Assembly (NCBI GenBank): GCA_946623145.1
Contig: CAMOQT010000003.1
Span: 1 to 42,630, forward strand
Direction of reading: 5' to 3'
Source: an uncultured Azospirillum sp.
Lineage (GTDB): Bacteria > Pseudomonadota > Alphaproteobacteria > RF32 > CAG-239
Length of the DNA stretch: 42,630 nt
Below the pieces are notes generated by a model, which saw only the letters and a program-made list of their open reading frames with translations, had not been told where the DNA came from and did no database searches. Both the position numbers and the translations under genes were made by a program. How positions within the stretch are numbered: the first letter of the stretch is position 1; each line of letters opens with the position of its first letter. This document shows, piece by piece, positions 1 to 7,725 of the stretch.

Positions 1-104
1 AATTCAGAAACCGGTCGATGATATCCCATTACACGAGTCCAAATTTCGCATGGCTGTCTTTCTTCGTCTGCTAATTTGATATCTTCGATATTAATAACGG
101 TCAT
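1..104 (-). CDS. Small stand-alone glycyl-radical domain of class III RNR (NrdD C-terminal piece), runs off the window edge
   Basis: Absent from the ORF track. Manual translation from ATG at 104 gives MTVINIEDIKLADEERQPCEIWTRVMGYHRPVSE, containing the RVMGY glycyl-radical motif. AAGGAG SD lies just upstream. Confidence 0.9.
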   Translation of the reverse strand, partial: MTVINIEDIKLADEERQPCEIWTRVMGYHRPVSE

Positions 105-149
105 AATTGTTTCTCCTTTTCAGTAATAATGTTACGTCTTGTGTGTTAG

Positions 150-2210
150 TTATTCAGCAGCGCCAGTACTTGACATTGCTGCGTTGATTTTTGCGGCTCT
201 CTTTTCTTCATCACAGAGAGGGCAGAATTTGTGTTCTCCGGCAATATAGCCATGTTTCGGGCATACAGAGAATGTTGGAGTTATCGTGATGTATGGCAAA
301 CGATAATTTGTTAGTACGCGTTTGACAATATCTCGGCATACTTCAGCTGAAGAAATTCTTTGATTCATATACAAGTGCAATACTGTACCACCAGTATATT
401 TTGCTTGCAGATGTGCTTGCAAATCCAAAGCTTCAAACGGATCATCAGTATAGTTAACCGGTAATTGAGATGAGTTTGTATAGTATGGATTCTCAGGTGT
501 ACCAGCTTGAATGATATTTGGAAATCTCTTCTTATCTTCACGAGCAAAGCGGTAAGTTGCACTCTCTGCCGGAGTAGCTTCCAAATTATACATATGTCCT
601 GTTTCTTCTTGGATCTTAATTAATTTTGCACGGATATAATCCAAGAATTTTTCAGCAAACTGTTGTCCCCATTCATCGGCAATATTATGTTCACCGTCTG
701 TGTAGTTGAGGATCATTTCATTAATGCCGTTAACACCAATGGTTGAGAAGTGATTACGCAAAGTTCCAAGGTAGCGCTTTGTGAATGGGAATAAGCCATT
801 GTCAATCAAGCGTTGAATAACTTTACGTTTAATCTCTAATGAAGTACGAGCAATATTCAATAATTCATCAACACGTCCATATAAACCTGTCTCATTACCT
901 TTGTAAACATAACCTAAACGTGCACAGTTAAAGGTAACAACACCAATAGAACCTGTCTGCTCTGCAGAACCGAACAAACCATTACCACGAGCCAATAATT
1001 CACGTAAATCTAATTGCAAACGACAGCACATAGAACGAATTTGTCCCGGTTTCAATGATGAATTAATAAAGTTTTGGAAGTATGGTAAACCGTATTTAGC
1101 GGTCATTTCAAATAATAATAAAGTATTTTCATCTTCCCAAGGGAAATCCGGCGTCATATTATATGTCGGAATTGGAAAAGTAAATGGACGACCTTTAATA
1201 TCACCTCTCATCATAACAGAGATATATGCCTTGTTGATCATGTCCATTTCCGGTTTCAAATCACCATAAGTAAATGGTTGTTCTTCCCCTGCAATTAAAG
1301 GATGTTTGTCACGCAAATCTTCAGGGCATACCCAGTCAAACGTGAAGTTTGTAAATGGAGTCTGAGAACCCCAACGAGATGGAACGTTCAAATTGTAAAT
1401 TAACTCTTGGAAATTTTGCTCAACTTGCTCATAAGTTAAATGATCTTTACGAATATATGGAGCAAGATAAGTATCAACAGAAGAGAAAGCTTGAGCACCA
1501 GCCCATTCATTTTGCAATGTTCCCATAAAGTTAACCATTTGTCCGACAGCGGCACTTAAATGTTTAGCCGGACCTGCTTCTGTTTTACCGGGGACTCCAT
1601 TAAAGCCTTCATGCAACAAGTTCTTCAAAGACCAACCGGCACAATATGCTGCTAACATATCCAAATCATGAATATGTAAATCACCATTACGATGAGCTTC
1701 ACCGACTTCTGACGGATAAACGTGGCTTAACCAATAGTTTGCGGTTACTTTACCTGAAACATTCAAAATCAATCCACCATTAGAATATCCTTGGTTTGCA
1801 TTAGCATTAACACGCCAATCGAGTCTTTCCAAATATTCATTGATTGAACTTTCAACATCAACCATTACCTTATGATCCGTACGTGTGCGATTACGTTGAT
1901 CTCGATATAAAATATAAGCTTTGGCAGTTGCAAAATAGTTTGAAGAAATTAAAGCTTGCTCGACAACATCTTGAATATTTTCAATTGTTGGTAAAGATTC
2001 TGCATATTTATGCTTCATAACTTTCAAAACTTGACCGGTAATCAGCCATGCTTCATTTTCTCCGAACTCTCCTGTGCTGTTACCTGCCTTTAAGATAGCT
2101 TGAAATATTTTATTGCTATCAAACGGGGCTAATGTTCCATCTCTTTTGGTAACTTGTGAAATATTTATATTCTCATTTGCAATAGTGCTATGGTAAACTT
2201 GTTCTGACAT
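150..2210 (-). CDS. nrdD: Anaerobic (class III) ribonucleoside-triphosphate reductase, large polypeptide with N-terminal ATP cone
   Basis: VTKRDG ATP cone, HIHDL, SMCCRL thiyl loop, YNLEATPAE and CPKHG...CPLC zinc site. No RxxGY motif at the C-terminus. Confidence 0.95.
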   Translation of the reverse strand: MSEQVYHSTIANENINISQVTKRDGTLAPFDSNKIFQAILKAGNSTGEFGENEAWLITGQVLKVMKHKYAESLPTIENIQDVVEQALISSNYFATAKAYILYRDQRNRTRTDHKVMVDVESSINEYLERLDWRVNANANQGYSNGGLILNVSGKVTANYWLSHVYPSEVGEAHRNGDLHIHDLDMLAAYCAGWSLKNLLHEGFNGVPGKTEAGPAKHLSAAVGQMVNFMGTLQNEWAGAQAFSSVDTYLAPYIRKDHLTYEQVEQNFQELIYNLNVPSRWGSQTPFTNFTFDWVCPEDLRDKHPLIAGEEQPFTYGDLKPEMDMINKAYISVMMRGDIKGRPFTFPIPTYNMTPDFPWEDENTLLLFEMTAKYGLPYFQNFINSSLKPGQIRSMCCRLQLDLRELLARGNGLFGSAEQTGSIGVVTFNCARLGYVYKGNETGLYGRVDELLNIARTSLEIKRKVIQRLIDNGLFPFTKRYLGTLRNHFSTIGVNGINEMILNYTDGEHNIADEWGQQFAEKFLDYIRAKLIKIQEETGHMYNLEATPAESATYRFAREDKKRFPNIIQAGTPENPYYTNSSQLPVNYTDDPFEALDLQAHLQAKYTGGTVLHLYMNQRISSAEVCRDIVKRVLTNYRLPYITITPTFSVCPKHGYIAGEHKFCPLCDEEKRAAKINAAMSSTGAAE

Positions 2211-2271
2211 CTTAAGCGAATCTTTCTCTAAATTAAATGGTTAATATCCTTTTTTGTTGTTCAACATCTAC

Positions 2272-2319
2272 ATACAATATATAGTATTAAAATTTTGTAA
2301 ATGTCGCTATATATTGTAT
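2272..2319. promoter_or_regulatory. Tandem NrdR boxes
   Basis: atacaatatatagtat (2272-2287) and tcgctatatattgtat (2304-2319) match the acaCwAtATaTwGtgt consensus, start 32 bp apart and lie directly upstream of nrdD. Confidence 0.85.
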
Positions 2320-2467
2320 ACACAATTTTTTTTATTTTTGTTCTGCTATTATTTTTCTTGATTGCTATTTTGGGTAAGAATATTCATATAATCAATGTGA
2401 AAAACCCTTTTTTCGAGCTTGACAGGAGCTATCTTATTCAAAAACAAACATAAAAAATTTTCGCCCT

Positions 2468-2488
2468 TATGGATAAGTTTGTTAATAA
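2468..2488. promoter_or_regulatory. Possible pair of degenerate DnaA boxes
   Basis: tatggataa and tgttaataa, 3 bp apart, compared with TGTGGATAA; upstream of the nrd locus. Confidence 0.3.
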
Positions 2489-2536
2489 GATTTTTATACT
2501 TATTTTTCAATGCATTAGAATTTATCTTTTTTTTAC

Positions 2537-2572
2537 AAAAAAATACCACAGAAAACGACTCTGTGGTATTTT
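2537..2572 (-). terminator. Intrinsic terminator of the TolC-like gene
   Basis: aaataccacaga-N7-tctgtggtattt hairpin with a U-run on the minus strand, just after the stop at 2590. Confidence 0.75.
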
Positions 2573-2589
2573 GCAATTTATCCCTTAAA

Positions 2590-4488
2590 TCAATGAGATG
2601 GCATAACTTCGACATCTGTTCCTAAATCGGATTCGTCAACATATCTATCTCGGCAATGCTTTCCGACACAGCGTTTTAGAACTGTCGCTCTACTACCGTC
2701 AGTCAACCCTCTTACTCTCAGAGACTCTTCATAAACTTCAACAATTATTAATCGAAATTCTATATAACCTAAACGATTATCAGAATCACTTATATATATC
2801 TTTATAGGATATATTCCTTCATTAGAAGGCATTGCAACACCCGTAAATTTATAGGTTTCTGGATCATATTTTAACCAACGAGGAAGCGGTTTATGATTGG
2901 CTAAGCCGGCACGTGTTGTAACATCTCCTTTAATTTCCATTTTTTGGAACACTTCATTAGGAATCTTAATTTCTATTCTTTGACCTGTCTCATAGGTAAC
3001 ATCAGGCATCCATTCACCGCTCAAATTAATTGCCGGGCGTTTTCCCGGAATTTCGGCCGGACGAGGACGATTATCCGGAATAAAGATGCCTTTACGCCAT
3101 TCTTCCATTGTTTTACGCAAAGCAATTGCAATTTGAGATGGTTTTTTATCAAGAATCGAATAAGGAATCGCATCCAAGCCAACAGTTGCATACAAATTAC
3201 CTAAAGAATCCTGGACTTCGGCATAAGCTTGGAAAGCTTTAACCTCGTCACTAACAGCTCTTGCACCTTCTAATATTGATTTAGAAGATTTATGACCATT
3301 CTTTATAGAAACATCTTCTGCAATATCTTCTGATGTGGAAGCAATTTCCATATTTACCTGATAATCTTCTACAGCTGATGTGTACCAAGCCCAAGAGAGG
3401 TAAACTTGGTTAAGAATCAAATTTGTCATGCGCTGACGACGTAAAGTATCTGCTTCAGTTAAATTTTGATTCTTTACATTTTCAATAATCGTCATACCAA
3501 TGTCTTTAGCTTGACGAGACCATAAGCGATTATAGTAGTTCGGGTCATTTTTATATTTTGCTTTTTCACCCGGACGGAAACTTTTTACAACGATTTGTAA
3601 ATCTTCCGTATTTGTCTGTAAATCATAAATTCTCAATTCCGGACGATTAACTAAAGCTAACCATTCTAATTGTGATAATTCATTTTTCAAAGCCGGAAGT
3701 TCAAAATTACCATATTCTTTACCAACTAATTTATATTGTGTCGTTGGGTGGAATCCCATCAATCCAGCCAAGCGAATCTCTGCTGTTTCCATCTTACGTT
3801 TTAACTCCAGCAGATTTTTAATCGAATCCATATAATTGCGTTTTCTTTTTAACTCTGATGTTTTTAATGAACCTCCCTTCTGAGCCAGTTTTTTAGCTTC
3901 TGCATTCAATTCATCAACATCCAAAGTCATATATTCAACCATATCATCGATAACAGGTATCAATTTTTGAGCAGCTAATGTCTGCCAGTATAGGCGGCGG
4001 GTTTCTTGTAATATATTATGAATAACCTTTCTGCTGCGCTCAACGGAAGCTCCTGCGTGAAAACCGTCTGCGGCACTTTGGTAGTACATCCCTGTAATAT
4101 CCAAAATATTCCATGCTACTTTCATATCCGGGCTAATACGACTATTTAATGTATCATTACTATACCCTGCCGTTGCCACAATATCAGGTAATTTGGACGC
4201 CGGTGCTTTTCCTGCCTCTATCAAACTTTGCTCATAACTGATTAAACGTCTGGAATAATTGTATTTTAGAGCTAACGCCATCGCCATATATATATCTATC
4301 GGCTTTTCAATCTTTTGAGGCGCATCAATAAACATATTTTGAACATCGACATCAGCGCGAATCGCTCTATCCCAATCGCTATAATACACAGGTTCAGGTC
4401 CTGCGACCATAATTTCCTCTGTTTGAGGAGTTGAACAAGCGCTAACAATAGCAGATATTACCAGGAATGAGCATAAATTTTTTTTCAT
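2590..4488 (-). CDS. TolC/outer-membrane efflux-like lipoprotein with C-terminal Ig/cadherin-like domain
   Basis: Lipobox IVSAC; OEP-like repeats (AMALALKYNY, LEWLALVNRPEL, GNLYATVGLD); C-terminal LPRWLKYDPETYKFTG is typical of He_PIG/CADG Ig domains. Confidence 0.7.
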   Translation of the reverse strand: MKKNLCSFLVISAIVSACSTPQTEEIMVAGPEPVYYSDWDRAIRADVDVQNMFIDAPQKIEKPIDIYMAMALALKYNYSRRLISYEQSLIEAGKAPASKLPDIVATAGYSNDTLNSRISPDMKVAWNILDITGMYYQSAADGFHAGASVERSRKVIHNILQETRRLYWQTLAAQKLIPVIDDMVEYMTLDVDELNAEAKKLAQKGGSLKTSELKRKRNYMDSIKNLLELKRKMETAEIRLAGLMGFHPTTQYKLVGKEYGNFELPALKNELSQLEWLALVNRPELRIYDLQTNTEDLQIVVKSFRPGEKAKYKNDPNYYNRLWSRQAKDIGMTIIENVKNQNLTEADTLRRQRMTNLILNQVYLSWAWYTSAVEDYQVNMEIASTSEDIAEDVSIKNGHKSSKSILEGARAVSDEVKAFQAYAEVQDSLGNLYATVGLDAIPYSILDKKPSQIAIALRKTMEEWRKGIFIPDNRPRPAEIPGKRPAINLSGEWMPDVTYETGQRIEIKIPNEVFQKMEIKGDVTTRAGLANHKPLPRWLKYDPETYKFTGVAMPSNEGIYPIKIYISDSDNRLGYIEFRLIIVEVYEESLRVRGLTDGSRATVLKRCVGKHCRDRYVDESDLGTDVEVMPSH

Positions 4489-4623
4489 AACATAAACCCT
4501 TTATATACTTCTATGCTATATAATTAACTCAATAAATTGAAACTGAACAGTATTTATTTGATTTTATTCAGCTTTCATATCATAATATTTTATATAGAAT
4601 TAAATTGAGGTTAAATTTTTATT

Positions 4624-5397
4624 ATGTTTGATATTTTTAATACTGTTTTTAAATACAAAGAAAAATTAAGTCCGGATAAACTCGGAGCATATCCTGAGCG
4701 CCTTCATGTCAAAGCTATGCCCGAACGCCGTTATCTATGGTCTTCACGGATTTTGGTTATTGTTGCCGTGTTCAGCATTGCTTTTAATCTCATTTTAACC
4801 AGCACTATTTATCTGCTTTTGCCTGAACGGAGAAGCGCACCTCGTTTATTTTATATTGATCACAGATATAATCAATTGCAGTTACTGCAACCTGCTGAAA
4901 TCAATGTTTCGGTTTTTAATCTGGTAACAGAAGAACAAATCAAAAATTACATTATGTTAAGATATCTTATTGGAAAAAGATATGATGAGCTAGCTGCTCG
5001 TTGGGGAAAAGCTTCTCCGCTTTATTGGATGTCTTCTCCTTCTGTTTATTCTAACTTTTCTGATGGAGAAGCCCCACAAGGTAGTGCATTACAACGTGTT
5101 CGCCATTTATTGCGAAATGTTAAAATAGATTGGATTTCTCAAATTTCTGCGGATGTTTGGCAAGTTCAATTCCAAACTCTTGATTATTACCCCGGCAGAA
5201 AAGAACCGGATATCACCATCTGGAGATCCACACTCCGTGTCGCTTACAGAATCATCAATTATCCGGATAAAAACTATGCTTTACTAAATCCTTTTGGATT
5301 TTTGGTAACCAATTATTCTTTAGCTTACCATGGAAAACCGAATGTTTCCGAGCACTATATTGAAAAGGCTCGCGATACAAATAAACGCAGACGGTAA
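4624..5397 (+). CDS. VirB8-family (type IV secretion inner-membrane) protein
   Basis: Single TM followed by an NTF2-like domain (IKNYIMLRY, WQVQFQT) and the signature C-terminal LNPFGFLVTNY. Confidence 0.75.
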   Translation: MFDIFNTVFKYKEKLSPDKLGAYPERLHVKAMPERRYLWSSRILVIVAVFSIAFNLILTSTIYLLLPERRSAPRLFYIDHRYNQLQLLQPAEINVSVFNLVTEEQIKNYIMLRYLIGKRYDELAARWGKASPLYWMSSPSVYSNFSDGEAPQGSALQRVRHLLRNVKIDWISQISADVWQVQFQTLDYYPGRKEPDITIWRSTLRVAYRIINYPDKNYALLNPFGFLVTNYSLAYHGKPNVSEHYIEKARDTNKRRR

Positions 5398-5401
5398 ACG
5401 A

Positions 5402-5563
5402 TTACCACTCTATATTGGTTCCATCAATACAGCGTTGCGGATTTTTCTCACACACATTCTCTCTACCGAGATTGTGTAATCGGTTACGTTCAGGTGTGAA
5501 TTTTCCTGCTTCACAGGCGGACAAAAAAGCAATAAGACAAAAACAAATGATAATTTTTTTCAT
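5402..5563 (-). CDS. Small putative lipoprotein
   Basis: MKKIIICFCLIAFLSAC lipobox and a CEKNPQRC Cys pair. Start moved to ATG 5563. Confidence 0.65.
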   Translation of the reverse strand: MKKIIICFCLIAFLSACEAGKFTPERNRLHNLGRENVCEKNPQRCIDGTNIEW

Positions 5564-5573
5564 CTTTTTTCCT

Positions 5574-5942
5574 TTAAAATACAAGATGTAAACTAAAATA
5601 TAATGCTAATAAAACGATAATTCTGGCCAAATACTTTAATAAAGCACTCTTATCATATTCTGCAGAACTGCGCCAAACCCCTAAAATTACCGAAAACAGA
5701 TAAACAAAAAATATGACCAGGCTGGTCAAATAGCAGACAACGGATAACAATATATCAGACCCATCTCTTAACGGATTATAATAGTGTGTCAAAAAAACAA
5801 AAATACTACGTCCATGTAATTGAGGTGCCAAAACATGTCCACAAACTCTTACAATAAAATAGCAGATAAAATAGCCTAATACACCAAACTTCCAAAAAGT
5901 TTCGCCCAGACTTAATTCCCCTGCTAAAAATTTTTTATACAT
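5574..5942 (-). CDS. Small integral membrane protein
   Basis: Three hydrophobic segments; GELSLGETFW and GVWRSS motifs. Confidence 0.7.
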   Translation of the reverse strand: MYKKFLAGELSLGETFWKFGVLGYFICYFIVRVCGHVLAPQLHGRSIFVFLTHYYNPLRDGSDILLSVVCYLTSLVIFFVYLFSVILGVWRSSAEYDKSALLKYLARIIVLLALYFSLHLVF

Positions 5943-6012
5943 AACAGCTTCTTTCTATCCAATACCATTTGATCACAGTTTAAATATTTCTTTAAATTTA
6001 TCAAGTTCTTTT

Positions 6013-7725
6013 TCAGAAATGCGGAACTATTTCAATGTAATTTTTCGTCCCTATTTCCTGTTGAATTTTTGCTATATATTGAGAATGTTCACCCCATACT
6101 GTATATTTATCAATAAATGCTTTTGCCTTATTGGGAGATTTTGAAAGTTGCAAAGCTATTGTCTCCTCTAATAAAGCATATGCTGCCTCATGGAATTTAT
6201 CAAAATGGATATGAACTTTATGTTCAGCATCAAAACTAAAAGCACCTCTTGCCAATAAGTAATTAAAATGTATTAATTCTGAAATTCGGTGTGCCTCTAC
6301 AGGTTCTGCTTTCAAAAACAATCTTTTAACGACCCATGTCGTATATATTTTTTTCAATGTTTCTTCTGTAATAACACCTATTTTAGCATATTCAGGCATA
6401 AATGTAATTGAAACCATATCTGCTTTATGTTCTTCAATAATACTCTTATAATTTCCCAAAGCCCGTTGATAATTATTGTCAGGTCCTAATGAATGACCGT
6501 TTTCATGTCCAATGACAAACAGATGATCTGCTTCATCATCATAATATTTATGAAACTCTGAAGCAACCAAACGATCTAATATCTTTTTTTCTCGTTCTTT
6601 ATCTCCTGATTGTCGAACTTGACGATGATAAACATTTCTACGTCCACCACCGGTTTTAATAGCTAATTTATCATTATTAGGTAAATTCTGAGCCAAAGTA
6701 ATCGCTCCTCGACATTGAGCATAATCTCCAGCCAACATGGCAATGTCTGCATCAACCATTGTTTGTTTTAATTCGCCTCCGGAAGTAACATTTTGCTCAT
6801 ACCTGTCACTTAAAGGCATTAATTTTGCCAAATTAGGAATATATTCCTTGAATTGCAAAATTAAATTCGTTCCCTCTTTATTGACAATTCCCGCTCTGGC
6901 ACCAAGCATATCTTTTGCATTGATTTCAATTCCATGACTTTCTAATTCTGATAAAAGGTCCGGATTATCATAAATACTCGGCGTCATTTTATCATCATAA
7001 CTTTCTCGACCAATCGTAAACTCAAGCTGATTATTATTTTGCAAAACAGCCCAATGCTTATCCGCAAGCATATCCATATCTTCGTTGTTTTGTATCAGTG
7101 CTTGAGCTTGCCAACCTAAAAAATCCTTAAAATCTTCATCCGTCGTATAATGTGCAGCTACTTCTAGTTCATTAGCGACTTTAGAAAAAATCTCAGAAAA
7201 ATATTCGGTATAATCTATCGCTTTAAGATTTTCGCCCTCACGACGCACCATCGTACGAACACTTAAAATCTTTTTAATTTCTTCTATTTTACCTTGGGTC
7301 AACATTCTTTTTATAATATGGTGAAATTCTTCTGTTGTTAAATCAGAAGGATAAAAATTACGACCTATGGCACCTTTGACGCCTTTAAATATTTCAATAG
7401 GCTCAACATCTATTCCGTTATGACCTTCTACACCTCTAAACATTTCAAAAAGTTTTAATGTTTTTTCTGCATAGCTACTTGTACGTGCCGCCTCTTTCAG
7501 GGCTTTATGCATACTTAAATTTAAAGCATGATCTTGTTCTTCCGCCACTTCATTAAAATATTCAGCTGCCTTTACCAAATGCTCCAGAGCTTTTTTATTT
7601 CCTTCTGTTAAGTTTTGATATCCCGAAAAATCTCTATCAATAAGCTCTATCTTTCTGGTTTTATGGCTTAAAATATCATCTAACTCTTCTTCTTTCAGAG
7701 AAATTTCATATTCATTAATCTTCAT
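6013..7725 (-). CDS. Zn metallopeptidase, M49 (DPP III)-like, HExxH subtype
   Basis: HENGH with downstream EEHKAD, plus AQNLPN and NFYPSD motifs. Confidence 0.75.
   Translation of the reverse strand: MKINEYEISLKEEELDDILSHKTRKIELIDRDFSGYQNLTEGNKKALEHLVKAAEYFNEVAEEQDHALNLSMHKALKEAARTSSYAEKTLKLFEMFRGVEGHNGIDVEPIEIFKGVKGAIGRNFYPSDLTTEEFHHIIKRMLTQGKIEEIKKILSVRTMVRREGENLKAIDYTEYFSEIFSKVANELEVAAHYTTDEDFKDFLGWQAQALIQNNEDMDMLADKHWAVLQNNNQLEFTIGRESYDDKMTPSIYDNPDLLSELESHGIEINAKDMLGARAGIVNKEGTNLILQFKEYIPNLAKLMPLSDRYEQNVTSGGELKQTMVDADIAMLAGDYAQCRGAITLAQNLPNNDKLAIKTGGGRRNVYHRQVRQSGDKEREKKILDRLVASEFHKYYDDEADHLFVIGHENGHSLGPDNNYQRALGNYKSIIEEHKADMVSITFMPEYAKIGVITEETLKKIYTTWVVKRLFLKAEPVEAHRISELIHFNYLLARGAFSFDAEHKVHIHFDKFHEAAYALLEETIALQLSKSPNKAKAFIDKYTVWGEHSQYIAKIQQEIGTKNYIEIVPHF

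Noticed and set aside
104-150. Sequencing error or frameshift as the cause of the nrdD split
   Set aside because: The small ORF has its own SD and ATG and the large ORF has a distinct non-homologous tail, which fits a real two-gene arrangement.
2349-2625. ORFs 2349-2615 (-) and 2419-2625 (+)
   Set aside because: Low-complexity AT-rich frames running over a terminator and promoter region; probably spurious.
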